A stretch of 34,114 nucleotides of DNA from Candidatus Geohabitans tengchongensis (lineage in GTDB: Bacteria; Sysuimicrobiota; Sysuimicrobiia; Sysuimicrobiales; Humicultoraceae), in the NCBI GenBank assembly GCA_031459625.1, contig JAVKIH010000026.1, forward strand, positions 1 to 34,114. The letters run 5' to 3'. This document shows positions 7,312 through 16,756 of this stretch, in pieces; position 1 is the stretch's first letter, and each line of letters starts with the position of its first letter. The notes under the pieces were generated by a model, which made no database searches, was not told the origin of the DNA, and saw nothing but the letters and a program-made list of their open reading frames with translations. The translations under genes were made by a program, and so were the position numbers.

Positions 7312-9138
7312 TCAATGCCCGGCGGGGACCGGGAAGACCACCAGGAAGCGGGCCACCCCGCGGGCGATGGCCTCGGCGACGCGCTCGCGGAAGGCGTCCT
7401 CGCGCAGCCGCGCCTCCTCCGCCGGGTGGGAGATGAAGGCCACCTCGACCAGGATCGCCGGCATGGTGCTCTCGCGCAGGACGTAGAAGTTCGCCGTCTT
7501 CACGCCGCGGTTGGGCAGCCCCAGCGCCCGGACGAGCTCGTCCTGCACGAGCTGGGCCAGCGCCTGGCTGTGCGCATTGAGGAAGTACGTCTCCGTGCCC
7601 GACTGGATGGGGCCGCCCCGGGCGTGGGCGTTGGCGTGGATGGAGACGAAGACGGTCCCGCCCCGCTCCCGGGCGATGCGCACGCGGTCGGGGAGCTCCA
7701 CCGTGGCGTCCGTCTCGCGGGTCATCACGACGCGGATGCCGTCCCCGACGAGCAGTCGGCGCAGCCGCAGGGCGATGTCCAGGTTGACCTCTTTCTCCAC
7801 CAGGCCGGTGGGGCCGATGGCCCCGGGGTCGCGCCCCCCGTGGCCCGGGTCGACGACGACCACGTGGCCGCGCACCGGGCCGTCCGTGAGGGTAATGACC
7901 AGGGTGGTCCCCTCGGCGGCGATGGTGTAGGGGACCTTGCGGCGCAGCGTGACCACGACGCGGGTGATGTCGGGGTCCGCCTGGAACTGCGCCGCCCGGA
8001 CGTTCTCGATCGCTGGCGTTCCCACGGGGATCTCCTGCTTGACCGGCACGAAGACGCTGTCGGGGATGTCCACCACCAGCCGGTCGGGGTCAGGGAGCTC
8101 GCGCACCACGGGCTGCATCGGCCCGGTGCCTTCGACCACCACGCGGGTGACGGGACCGGCCTCGACGCGCACCTGGAGGATGCGGATGCCCGTCGTCCCC
8201 GGCGTCGCCCCCCCGGGTGGCCCCGCGGCGTCGGGCGGCGCGGCGGGCGAGCCCGCCGCGGGGGGTGACCCAGACGGGGCGGCGGCCGGCGACGACCCGG
8301 GCGCCCCCGGCGGAGACGCGGGCGAAGCGGACGGTGCGGGCGGCGCGGCCGGGGAGGTGGCGGGCGGGGGGACCGCCTGAGCTGGTCGCCCGGTTGCGGG
8401 TCGGGGCCGGACCTCGACCGTCAGGTCGAAGGCGGTGGGGCTCTCCGCCAGCCGCACCTCCACCGGCTGGGCCAGGTCGAGGACGATGCGGGTGACGTAG
8501 GGTTTCGTCTGGAACTGCGAGATGCGCGCGCGCAGGATGCCGCCCTCGCCGACCGGCACCTCCTGGTCGGTCTGACGGAAGACGGCGTGGCGGAGGTCGA
8601 GGGCGACGCGGTCCGGGTTGGTCAGCGTGCGCGTCTCCACCTGGACGGGCCCGGTGGCACCCACGACCAGGCGCACGGTCCCGCCGGTGCGCTGCACCGT
8701 CACGCCGGTGACAACGGAGTTCGCGTAGAGGACGCCCTCCCGCTCGTCCAGGTGGGTCCAGGCACCAAGCAGGCCGAAGACGGCGAGGGCCGGAATATAG
8801 GGGAGGTCCCGCAGCAGCAGCGCCGGGACCGGCAGCAGGCGCTGCTGGCCGTTCACCAGCGCGTAGGGGTCGTTGAGGCGCAGCCGGATGGTCGTGCGCG
8901 TGCGGTTGCTGATGAGGATGGCGCGCTCCTCGGGCAGCCAGGCGGCGGCCGCGCCGAAGGGCTCGAAGATCCCCGGGAGGGGGACCACGACCTGCCCGTT
9001 GTAGGCGATAGGCGACGCGGCCAGGGGGACCGCCTGGCCGTTCACGACGAGGCGGAGGGCCGATGATTGTCCGCTGGCGCTACGACTCGGTGATGCCAGG
9101 AGCACCACCGTCAGGAGCAGCGCTCCCGAGAGCTTCAT
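7312..9138 (-). CDS. N-acetylmuramoyl-L-alanine amidase (signal peptide, copper-amine-oxidase-like N domain, two AMIN domains, Amidase_3)
   Basis: VVVDPGHGGRDPGA, EKEVNL, SIHANA and LVEVAFIS motifs; two AMIN repeats (NPDRVALDL, DPDRLVVDI) separated by a Pro/Ala linker. Confidence 0.92.
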   Translation of the reverse strand: MKLSGALLLTVVLLASPSRSASGQSSALRLVVNGQAVPLAASPIAYNGQVVVPLPGIFEPFGAAAAWLPEERAILISNRTRTTIRLRLNDPYALVNGQQRLLPVPALLLRDLPYIPALAVFGLLGAWTHLDEREGVLYANSVVTGVTVQRTGGTVRLVVGATGPVQVETRTLTNPDRVALDLRHAVFRQTDQEVPVGEGGILRARISQFQTKPYVTRIVLDLAQPVEVRLAESPTAFDLTVEVRPRPATGRPAQAVPPPATSPAAPPAPSASPASPPGAPGSSPAAAPSGSPPAAGSPAAPPDAAGPPGGATPGTTGIRILQVRVEAGPVTRVVVEGTGPMQPVVRELPDPDRLVVDIPDSVFVPVKQEIPVGTPAIENVRAAQFQADPDITRVVVTLRRKVPYTIAAEGTTLVITLTDGPVRGHVVVVDPGHGGRDPGAIGPTGLVEKEVNLDIALRLRRLLVGDGIRVVMTRETDATVELPDRVRIARERGGTVFVSIHANAHARGGPIQSGTETYFLNAHSQALAQLVQDELVRALGLPNRGVKTANFYVLRESTMPAILVEVAFISHPAEEARLREDAFRERVAEAIARGVARFLVVFPVPAGH

Positions 9139-9211
9139 TCAGCACCCGAATTGTCGTCCCGCCCTCTCCCGTACCCGTCCCGGTTCGGTTCGAGACCTCG
9201 GAACTCCTGCC

Positions 9212-10216
9212 GTGACGCGCCCCGCCCCGCTCCTGGACGCGCACCTCTCCGCCGACCCGCGCACGGTGGCGGCGGCGGCCCGGGCGGCCGAAGCGGCGGG
9301 GGTGCACGCCCTGTGGCTCCCCGAGATCGCCCACGACCCGCTGCTCGGGGCCGCGCTGGCCGCGGCCCACACCACCCGGCCGCTCGTCGGGACGGCCATC
9401 GCGCTGGCCTTCGTGCGCAGCCCCACCGCCCTGGCCTACGCCGCCTGGGACCTGGCCCTGCTCTCCGGCGGCCGCTTCGTCCTGGGGCTCGGCTCGCAGG
9501 TGCGGGCGCACGTGGAACGGCGCTTCGGCATGCCGTTCGACCCGCCGCTCCTGCGCATGCGCGACACGGTGGCGGCCATCCGGGCGGTGTGGCAGGCCTG
9601 GCGCACCGGAGGCCCGCTGCGGCACGAGGGCCCGTGCTACCGGCTCTCGCTCATGACGCCCTTCTTCACCCCGCCGCCGCTCCCCTCATCCATCCCCATC
9701 TACCTGGCCGCGGTGAACCGGGCGATGTGCCGCTTGGCCGGCCAGGTGGCCGACGGGATCCACGTCCACCCCTTCCACACCCGGGCCTACCTGGAGGAGG
9801 TCATCCTGCCGGCGGTGCGCCGGGGGTGCGCCCGCGCCGGGCGCGCTCCGCAGGCGGTGACGGTAGCGGTCAGCGTCATCGTGGCGCCCACCGACGGACC
9901 AGACGCCGACCGGCTGCTCACCGAGGCGCGCCGGCTCGTGGCCTTCTACGCCTCCACGCCCGCCTACCGCCCGGTCCTGGCGCACCACGGCTGGGAACGG
10001 CTGGGGGAGCGGCTGAGCCGGCTGGCGGCGGCCGGCCGGTGGGACGAGATGGGGACGCTCGTCACGGACGAGGTGCTGGAGACCGTCGCGGTGGTAGCCC
10101 CTCGAACGCAGCTGATGGAGCGGCTCCTGGCCCGGGGGGCGGGTGCCGCCGACCGGATCGCCCCTCATCACCCGTTCGCACCGGGCGATCCGCTGTGGCA
10201 GGCCCTGCTGCTGTGA
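9212..10216 (+). CDS. LLM-class (luciferase-like), probably F420-dependent oxidoreductase
   Basis: EIAHDP, GTAIALAFVRSP, GRFVLGLGSQVRAH, LMTPFF and FYASTPAY resemble the TIGR03617-type LLM family. Confidence 0.85.
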   Translation: MTRPAPLLDAHLSADPRTVAAAARAAEAAGVHALWLPEIAHDPLLGAALAAAHTTRPLVGTAIALAFVRSPTALAYAAWDLALLSGGRFVLGLGSQVRAHVERRFGMPFDPPLLRMRDTVAAIRAVWQAWRTGGPLRHEGPCYRLSLMTPFFTPPPLPSSIPIYLAAVNRAMCRLAGQVADGIHVHPFHTRAYLEEVILPAVRRGCARAGRAPQAVTVAVSVIVAPTDGPDADRLLTEARRLVAFYASTPAYRPVLAHHGWERLGERLSRLAAAGRWDEMGTLVTDEVLETVAVVAPRTQLMERLLARGAGAADRIAPHHPFAPGDPLWQALLL

Positions 10217-10226
10217 GACCAAGTGC

Positions 10227-11627
10227 TCACAACTCCTCCGGGAGGAGCTTGCCCGGGTTCATGAGGTCGTGCGGGTCGAGGGCCCGCTTGAGCGCCCGCA
10301 TCACCGCCAGCGCCTCGCCGTGCTCCGCGGCCATGTAGGGGAGCTTCCCGAGCCCCACGCCGTGCTCGCCCGTGCAGGTACCGCCCAGCGCCAGGGCCCG
10401 ATGCACCACCCGCTCGTTGAGCCGGTGGACCGCGGCCACCTCCGCCGGGTCGTCGGGGTCGAGCAGGAAGAGCAGGTGGAAGTTGCCGTCACCGGCGTGC
10501 CCCACCAGGACCACGGGGACGGGGCAGTCGGCCAGGTCCCGCTTCGTCTCGACGATGCACTCGGCCAGGCGGGAGATGGGGACGCAGACGTCGGTCGTCA
10601 GCGCGCGGCAGCCCGGGCGCAGGGTCAGGGCCGCCCAGTAGGCGTCGTGCCGGGCCTTCCACAGCTGCGCCCGCGCCTCGGCGCCGGTGGCCCAGCGGAA
10701 ATCGCGCCCGCCACGGGCCAGGGCCAGCTCCTGCACCGCCCCGGCCTGCTCGGCCACGCCGCGCGCCGTCCCGTGGAACTCGAAGAAGAGCGTGGGCGCC
10801 TCGGGCAGCGCCAGCCCGGCGTAGCGGTTGCAGGCGGCCATCTGGACTTTGTCGAGCAGCTCCAGACGGGCCACCGGGATGCCCAGCTGGACGGTGGCGA
10901 TGACGGTCTCCACGGCTCCGGCGATGGTCTCGAAGGCGCAGGTGGCCGCCGAAACCGCCTCTGGGAGCCCGTGCAGGCGCACGGTGACCTCGGTGATCAC
11001 GCCCAGGGTCCCCTCCGAGCCCACGAACAGGCGCGTCAGGTCGTAGCCGGCGGCCGACTTGCGGGCGCGCGTGCCGGTCCGCACGACCCGCCCGTCCGCC
11101 AGCACGACGGTCAGCCCCAGGACGTTCTCGCGCATCGTGCCGTAGCGCACCGCGGTCGTCCCGGAGGCGCGCGTGGCCGCCATCCCGCCCAGCGTGGCAT
11201 CGGCGCCGGGGTCCACGGAGAAGAACAACCCGCTGGGGCGCAGGTGGCGGTTGAGCTGCCGGTGGGTCACCCCGGCCTCCACCGTGGCGTCCAGGTCCTC
11301 GGCGCTGACGCGCAGGACCCGGTTCATGCGCGTCAGGTCCACGCAGATGCCGCCGGCGACGGCGGCGACGTGCCCCTCCAGCGAGGTCCCCGCCCCGAAG
11401 GGAATCACCGGGGCGCCCACGGCGGCACAGGCGCGCACGACGGCCTGGACCTCCTCGGTGGACTCGGGGAAGGCCACGGCATCCGGCAGGGCCGGGGGCA
11501 GGTACGTCTCGCCGCGGCTGTGGTGCTCGCGCACTGCGGGGGCGGTGGAGAGGCGCTCGCCCAGCACGGTGCGCAGGGTCTCCAGCAGCGGCTCCACCGG
11601 ATAGGCCCGACGGCGGACGGTCGGCAT
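10227..11627 (-). CDS. FAD-linked oxidase (D-lactate dehydrogenase/GlcD-like)
   Basis: PFGAGTSLEG, DPGADATLGGM, GYDLTRLFVGSEGTLG, GHAGDGNFH, GEHGVGLGK, LDP..MNPGK. Confidence 0.93.
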   Translation of the reverse strand: MPTVRRRAYPVEPLLETLRTVLGERLSTAPAVREHHSRGETYLPPALPDAVAFPESTEEVQAVVRACAAVGAPVIPFGAGTSLEGHVAAVAGGICVDLTRMNRVLRVSAEDLDATVEAGVTHRQLNRHLRPSGLFFSVDPGADATLGGMAATRASGTTAVRYGTMRENVLGLTVVLADGRVVRTGTRARKSAAGYDLTRLFVGSEGTLGVITEVTVRLHGLPEAVSAATCAFETIAGAVETVIATVQLGIPVARLELLDKVQMAACNRYAGLALPEAPTLFFEFHGTARGVAEQAGAVQELALARGGRDFRWATGAEARAQLWKARHDAYWAALTLRPGCRALTTDVCVPISRLAECIVETKRDLADCPVPVVLVGHAGDGNFHLLFLLDPDDPAEVAAVHRLNERVVHRALALGGTCTGEHGVGLGKLPYMAAEHGEALAVMRALKRALDPHDLMNPGKLLPEEL

Positions 11628-11640
11628 GGACCTCTCTGTT

Positions 11641-12378
11641 CTACGCGGCCTCCAGCAGCTCCCGCAGCGTCAGGGCGTTGCGGACGGCGTAGGCGTTCCA
11701 GTCGTTGTTGAAGTAGACGAAGGCGGTGCGCCCCTCGGCCAGCGCCCGGATGCGCGCGGCCCAGGTGCGCAGCTGGTGGCGGGGGTAGTTGCCCCGGTAG
11801 CGCGCGCCCGTAGGGCCGTGGAAGCGCACGTAGACCACCGGCGCGGTGGCCACCAACGCCGTGGGGCGCTCCGGATCGCTGACCACCACCAGGCCGATGC
11901 GGGATGCGCGCATCAGCGCGTAGACCTCCTCGTGGAAGAGCGAGGCGTGGCGGTACTCCATCACCACGGTGAGGCGCGGGGGGAGCAGGTCGAAGAAGGT
12001 GCGCAGCCGGCGGAGGTTCTCGGGGGTGCGGTGGAACGAGGAGGGGAGCTGCACTAGCACCGGCCCCAGGTGGTCGCGCAGCAGGCGCGCCCGCTCCAGG
12101 AAGAGGTCGAGCGGCCCAGCCACGTCCTTCAGGCGCTTGACGTGGGTGAGGAAGCGGCTGGCCTTGACTGCGTAGAGGAACCCCTCGGGCGCCTGCGCCC
12201 GCCACTGCTGCACCGCCTCCTCGCTGGGGAGGCGGTAGAAGGTGTTGTTGATCTCCACGGTGTCGAAGTGGCGGGCGTAGTAGGCGAACCACTCCCGCTG
12301 CGGCAGGTCTTGCGGGTAGAAGCGGCCCCGCCAGTACGGGTAGACCCAGCCGCTCGTGCCGATGCGGATCGCGCCCAT
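11641..12378 (-). CDS. DUF72 domain protein
   Basis: IGTSGW, VEINNTFY, LVQLP, YVRFHG, YFNND. Confidence 0.93.
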   Translation of the reverse strand: MGAIRIGTSGWVYPYWRGRFYPQDLPQREWFAYYARHFDTVEINNTFYRLPSEEAVQQWRAQAPEGFLYAVKASRFLTHVKRLKDVAGPLDLFLERARLLRDHLGPVLVQLPSSFHRTPENLRRLRTFFDLLPPRLTVVMEYRHASLFHEEVYALMRASRIGLVVVSDPERPTALVATAPVVYVRFHGPTGARYRGNYPRHQLRTWAARIRALAEGRTAFVYFNNDWNAYAVRNALTLRELLEAA

Positions 12379-12403
12379 CCGCCCCCTGCCTGCCGGGCGT
12401 ACG

Positions 12404-13843
12404 TCAGACGCGCACGACCTTCAGCAGGTTGGTCGTCCCCGGCCGCCCCATGGGGTAGCCGGCGGTGACGACGATGTCGTCGCCGCGGCGCACGAAGCCC
12501 TCCCGCTTGGCCGCTTCCACCGCGGCGGCGACGAGCGCGTCCAGGTCCGGGATCTCCGGCACGAGGACCGGGTGCACCCCCCACACCAGGCGCAGGCGCC
12601 GCAGCGTCGCCTCGACCGTGGTCACGCCCAGGATGGGCCGCCGCGGACGGAAGCGGGCGACCCGCAGGGCGGTGCTCCCCGAGGTCGTGGCCGCGACGAT
12701 GGCCGCCGCCCCCAGCGCCTCCGCCGCCTGCACCGCCGCCAGGGCGATGGCCTCCGCAGTGTCGCGGGCGGCCAGGCCGTCCCGCAGCGCCTGCTCCCGC
12801 CAGCGCTGCACCACCTCGGGGGGCACGGCGCCTTCGGCGTGCTCGGCGATGCGCGCCATGGTGCGCACCGCCTCCACCGGGTAGGCGCCGATGGCCGTCT
12901 CGCCGGAGAGCATGAGCGCGTCCGTCCCGTCGAAGACGGCGTTGGCCACGTCGGTGGCCTCGGCCCGGGTGGGACGCGGGTGCACGATCATGCTCTCCAG
13001 CATCTGCGTGGCCGTGATCACCGGGCGCCCCCGACGGTGGCAGGCGGCGATGAGGCGCTTCTGCAGCACCGGGACCTCCTCCGGCGCCGTCTCCACGGCC
13101 AGGTCCCCACGCGCCACCATCACCGCGTCGGCGGCCTCGATGATCTCGTCGATACGCTCGAGCGCCCGCCGCCGCTCGATCTTCGCCACCAGGCGGGCGC
13201 CGCCGCCCCGGCGGTCGATGTAGGCGCGCACGCGGTGGAGGTCCTCGGGCCCCTCAACGAAGGAGAGCGCCACGTAGTCCACCCGCTGCGCCAGCCCCAG
13301 GTCGAGGTGGCGGAAGTCCTCCTCGGTGACCGTGGGGACGCTCAGCGGCACCCCCGGCAGGTTGATCCCGGCGTGCTGGCGCAGCGTGCCGCCGTGGACC
13401 ACCCGGCCGGCCACCGTCGCGGCCTCGACCGCCACCACCTCCAGGACGATCTCCCCGTCCTGCAGGTAGATGCGGTGTCCGGGGCGGACGTCCTGGGAGA
13501 GGGCCGGGTAGTGGACCGGGATGACGCCGTCGCCGCTGGCCTGGGGGGTGGCGGCCAATCGCACCACGTCGCCCGGGCGGAGGAGCAGGCTGCCGCAGGG
13601 GAGCCGGCCGGTGCGCAGCTTGGGCCCGGGCAGGTCCTGGAGCACGGCCACCCGCCGGCCGGTCTCGGCCTCCGCGGCGCACAGGGCCTCCAGGGCCCGG
13701 AGGTGGTCGTCGGGGGTGCCGTAGGAGAAGTTCAGGCGGGCCACGTCCAATCCGGCCTCGAGCAGGGCCCGCAGGACGTCGGGAGCGGTGCAGGCCGGGC
13801 CGAGGGTGGCGACGATCTTGGTCTGACGACGCACGCTCTCCAT
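12404..13843 (-). CDS. pyk: Pyruvate kinase
   Basis: TKIVATLGP, DLPGPKLR, AKIE, MVARGDL, TATQMLESM, PTRAEATDVANA, MLSGETAIG. Start is ATG at 13843 or GTG at 13834. Confidence 0.96.
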   Translation of the reverse strand: MESVRRQTKIVATLGPACTAPDVLRALLEAGLDVARLNFSYGTPDDHLRALEALCAAEAETGRRVAVLQDLPGPKLRTGRLPCGSLLLRPGDVVRLAATPQASGDGVIPVHYPALSQDVRPGHRIYLQDGEIVLEVVAVEAATVAGRVVHGGTLRQHAGINLPGVPLSVPTVTEEDFRHLDLGLAQRVDYVALSFVEGPEDLHRVRAYIDRRGGGARLVAKIERRRALERIDEIIEAADAVMVARGDLAVETAPEEVPVLQKRLIAACHRRGRPVITATQMLESMIVHPRPTRAEATDVANAVFDGTDALMLSGETAIGAYPVEAVRTMARIAEHAEGAVPPEVVQRWREQALRDGLAARDTAEAIALAAVQAAEALGAAAIVAATTSGSTALRVARFRPRRPILGVTTVEATLRRLRLVWGVHPVLVPEIPDLDALVAAAVEAAKREGFVRRGDDIVVTAGYPMGRPGTTNLLKVVRV

Positions 13844-13977
13844 TCTAGCCCACGGGGAACCGGAGACCGCAACCGGTGGACGACGCCACACGCGGTCTGC
13901 GGCGCGGACGGCACCGTTGACCGAGGGGCCTCACCCTCCGAAGGAGGCGAGCCGGCAAGGACGAAAACGTCCCGAGG

Positions 13978-14008
13978 CTTGCGTCCGCGGCCGGGCCGCG
14001 GACGCAAG
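13978..14008. repeat. 31-bp near-perfect palindrome (15-bp arms)
   Basis: CTTGCGTCCGCGGCC-G-GGCCGCGGACGCAAG, directly before GAAAAGGGGG-ATG(14019). Confidence 0.9.
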
Positions 14009-14018
14009 GAAAAGGGGG

Positions 14019-15542
14019 ATGGGCGTGGTCCTGCGCGTGGTGGTCTTCGGCGCCGGCGCCGTGCTGATGGGCCTGGAGATCGTGGGGAGCCGGGTGCTGG
14101 CGCCGTTCTTCGGCTCCTCGGTCTACGTGTGGGGGAGCCTCATCAGCATCTTCCTGGCGGCGCTGAGCGCCGGGTACTACCTGGGCGGCGTCCTGGCCGA
14201 CCGGCGCCCCTCCCCCGGCGTGCTGGCGCTGGCTCTGCTCAGCGCCGGCGGCCTCATCCTCCTCCTGCCGGTCCTGGCCCCGCCGGTGCTGGAGGCCTTT
14301 GCCGACCGCGACCTGGGCCCGCGCCTCAGCCCGCTGCTGGCCTCCATCCTGCTCTTCGCCCCGCCGGGCGTCCTGCTGGGGATGACCTCCCCTTTCGCCG
14401 TGAAGCTGGCGGCCACGGACCTGGCCACGGTGGGCAACGTGGCCGGGGTCCTCTACGCCATCTCCACGGCCGGGTCGATCGCCGGGACGCTGCTCACGGC
14501 CTTCTTCCTCATCCCGACCTTCGGGGTGCGCACCATCCTCTACACGCTGGGCGGCGCGCTGGTGCTCTTCTCGGCCCTGCTGGCCGTCCGCGTGCGCGTC
14601 CCCCGGCCGGCGCTCACGGCCCTGCTGGTGGCGGGCCTCCTGGTGCCGCCCGCCCTGGCCGCCCCGGCAGAGCCGCGCATCCTGCTGGAGCGGGACACCG
14701 CCTACCACCACCTGATCGTCATGGAACAGGGGACCGTGCGCTACCTGCGCTTCAACCGCTCCATCCAGGGCGGCATGTACCTGAACGACCCGTACCTGAG
14801 CCCGCTGGCCTACACCGACTACGTCCACCTGGCCTGGCTCTTCCACCCGCAGATCCGCCGTGTCCTCGTCGTGGGGCTGGGGGCGGGCTCGGTGCCGAAG
14901 CGCTTCTGGCGGGACTACCCGCAGGTCGTGATCGACAGCGTGGAGATCGACCCGGTGGTGGTGGAGGTGGCCAAGCAGTACTTCGCCGTGCGGGAGGACG
15001 CCCGGCACCGCATCATCGTGTCGGACGGGCGGGTCTTCCTGCGGCGCACGGACCAGCGCTACGACCTGATCGTCATGGACGCCTACCACCACGACGGCAT
15101 CCCCTTCCACCTGGTCACGCGCGAGTTCTTCGAGCTGGCCCGCACGCGGCTGACCCCCAGCGGAGTGATCGCCGCCAACATCGTCGGCGCGCTGGAGGGG
15201 CGGGAGAGCAAGCTCTTCCGGGCGATCTACAAGACCTACGGGCAGGTCTTCCCCGGCCTGTACCCCTTCCCCGTGAACTACCTGCCGGAGCGGGACGGGG
15301 AGACCGTACGCACCATCATCCTCATCGCCACCGCCCGAACGGGTCTCACGCGCGCCCAGCTCACCGAGGGGGCCCGGACGCTGCGCCGGCGGCGGTTCAT
15401 CACCTTCCCGCTCTTCGACCGCTTCGTCGCCAACCTCTACGACCGCCCCATCCCCACCTCGGACGTCCCCGTGCTCACCGATGACTACGCGCCGGTGGAC
15501 ATCCTGCCGGTCTACGGGTGGGAGCCGGAGCAGCGGCGATAG
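14019..15542 (+). CDS. Fused MFS-like membrane domain / spermidine-synthase-like SAM-dependent transferase
   Basis: N-terminal TM region (GLEIVGSRVLAPFFGSS, YAISTAGSIAG), then VLVVGLGAG, VEIDP, DGR, DAY, VLTDDYAP. ATG at 14019 follows a purine-rich RBS. Confidence 0.9.
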   Translation: MGVVLRVVVFGAGAVLMGLEIVGSRVLAPFFGSSVYVWGSLISIFLAALSAGYYLGGVLADRRPSPGVLALALLSAGGLILLLPVLAPPVLEAFADRDLGPRLSPLLASILLFAPPGVLLGMTSPFAVKLAATDLATVGNVAGVLYAISTAGSIAGTLLTAFFLIPTFGVRTILYTLGGALVLFSALLAVRVRVPRPALTALLVAGLLVPPALAAPAEPRILLERDTAYHHLIVMEQGTVRYLRFNRSIQGGMYLNDPYLSPLAYTDYVHLAWLFHPQIRRVLVVGLGAGSVPKRFWRDYPQVVIDSVEIDPVVVEVAKQYFAVREDARHRIIVSDGRVFLRRTDQRYDLIVMDAYHHDGIPFHLVTREFFELARTRLTPSGVIAANIVGALEGRESKLFRAIYKTYGQVFPGLYPFPVNYLPERDGETVRTIILIATARTGLTRAQLTEGARTLRRRRFITFPLFDRFVANLYDRPIPTSDVPVLTDDYAPVDILPVYGWEPEQRR

Positions 15543-15607
15543 TAAACTGAGGGGGACATGCAGGCGGACCGGTCTTCGGCGGGCGGGCGACTGGTGAGGA
15601 AGCGGCC

Positions 15608-16162
15608 ATGAGGGTCAAACCACAGGCCACGGCGGCGGATCTCTGGCGCCTCGGCGAGGGCGACGTCAGGCGCGAGCTGGTCAACGGCGAGGTGGTGGAG
15701 ATGCCCCCGACGGGGGGGATTCACGGCAAGGTCGTGACCCGCCTGGCCCGGCGCCTGGACGAAGCGGCATCGGCACGGAGCACGGGCGAGGTCATCACCG
15801 GCGACGTGGGCTTCGTCCTGCACCTCCCCTACGATCCCGAGCGCGTGCGTGGTCCCGACATCGCGTTCATCTCGACGACCAGGCTCCCCGACGGCAGGCT
15901 CCCCCAGGGATTCGTGGCCGGCGCCCCCGACCTGGTCGTCGAGGTCCTCTCCCCCTCCGACAACCCGGCGGACCTGCAGCAACGGGTCCGGGACTGGCTC
16001 GAGGGGGGCGCCCGACTCGTCTGGCTCATCGCCCCCGAAGCGAAGACGGCGACCGTCTACCGCCCCGATGGGTCCGCCCGGCTGCTGCGGGAGTACGAGG
16101 CGCTGGACGGGGAAGACGTCCTCCCCGGCCTGGCGATCCCGCTGGCCGACGTCCTGCCCTGA
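15608..16162 (+). CDS. Uma2-family (DUF820) endonuclease-fold protein
   Basis: ELVNGEVVEMPP..H, PDIAF, APDLVVEVLSPS, GARLVWLI, LPGL. Confidence 0.92.
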   Translation: MRVKPQATAADLWRLGEGDVRRELVNGEVVEMPPTGGIHGKVVTRLARRLDEAASARSTGEVITGDVGFVLHLPYDPERVRGPDIAFISTTRLPDGRLPQGFVAGAPDLVVEVLSPSDNPADLQQRVRDWLEGGARLVWLIAPEAKTATVYRPDGSARLLREYEALDGEDVLPGLAIPLADVLP

Positions 16163-16288
16163 TCGTGCGGCCAGGGTTCAGCGGGGCTCCTGCGCACGGC
16201 AGGGAGTCGTGTCCTCCAAGGCATCGTCCGGGGGAATACATGAGCGGGGGGACGCGTTACAAATTAGTCGGTCAGTGGGGGTTCAGTC

Positions 16289-16756
16289 ATGCCACGCCGA
16301 CGCACCACCCTCCCCATCGAGGAGTACGAGGTCCTGGAGAAGGACCTCTCCCGCCTGGCGCGCCGCACCGGTCCGCGGGGGCGCTTCGCCCCGGTGCTCA
16401 GCGGCCTGCACCTGCCCGACCGCGAGGAGATCTGGATTCACCGGGACCTGCCCGAGCCGGAGAAGAGCTTCACGCTGCTCCACGAGCTCGTGCACGCCCG
16501 GCGCAGCCTCAGCGAGGAGGAGTGTACCGATCCCGAGGTCGAGGAGCTCCTGACCGAGCTGGAGGCCATCGCCCGGGCGCCGGACGCCACCCTCGGCAAC
16601 CTCTTCATGGGGCGGCTCCTGCTGGCCATCAAGGGCCACCTCACCGAGGAGGGCCGGCTCGACCCGGACACCCCGCAGGGACTGGGGCGCATCCTCAACC
16701 GCGCCGGGGCGCTCGTGACCACGCTGCTCGGCCGGCCGCCCTCGCCGCCGTCCTGA
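16289..16756 (+). CDS. Small HEXXH zinc-metallopeptidase-like protein (ImmA/IrrE-like)
   Basis: GLHLPDREEIWIHRDLPEPEKSFTLLHELVH matches the G...IxIxxxL...FTLxHELxH pattern, followed by an acidic helix. Codon usage looks host-like. Confidence 0.7.
   Translation: MPRRRTTLPIEEYEVLEKDLSRLARRTGPRGRFAPVLSGLHLPDREEIWIHRDLPEPEKSFTLLHELVHARRSLSEEECTDPEVEELLTELEAIARAPDATLGNLFMGRLLLAIKGHLTEEGRLDPDTPQGLGRILNRAGALVTTLLGRPPSPPS

Noticed and set aside
13925..13955. Resemblance of CCGAAGGAGGCGAGCC to SRP RNA helix 8, or of the region to SAM-I, c-di-GMP or hammerhead motifs
   Set aside because: The diagnostic conserved nucleotides (CAGG of SRP, the AUC..GAG and GCAACC cores of SAM-I, CUGANGA of hammerhead) are missing.
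16165..16752. N-terminal extension of MscS in the 453-aa ORF
   Set aside because: Off-frame overlap with the HEXXH gene, which has the protein-like composition.
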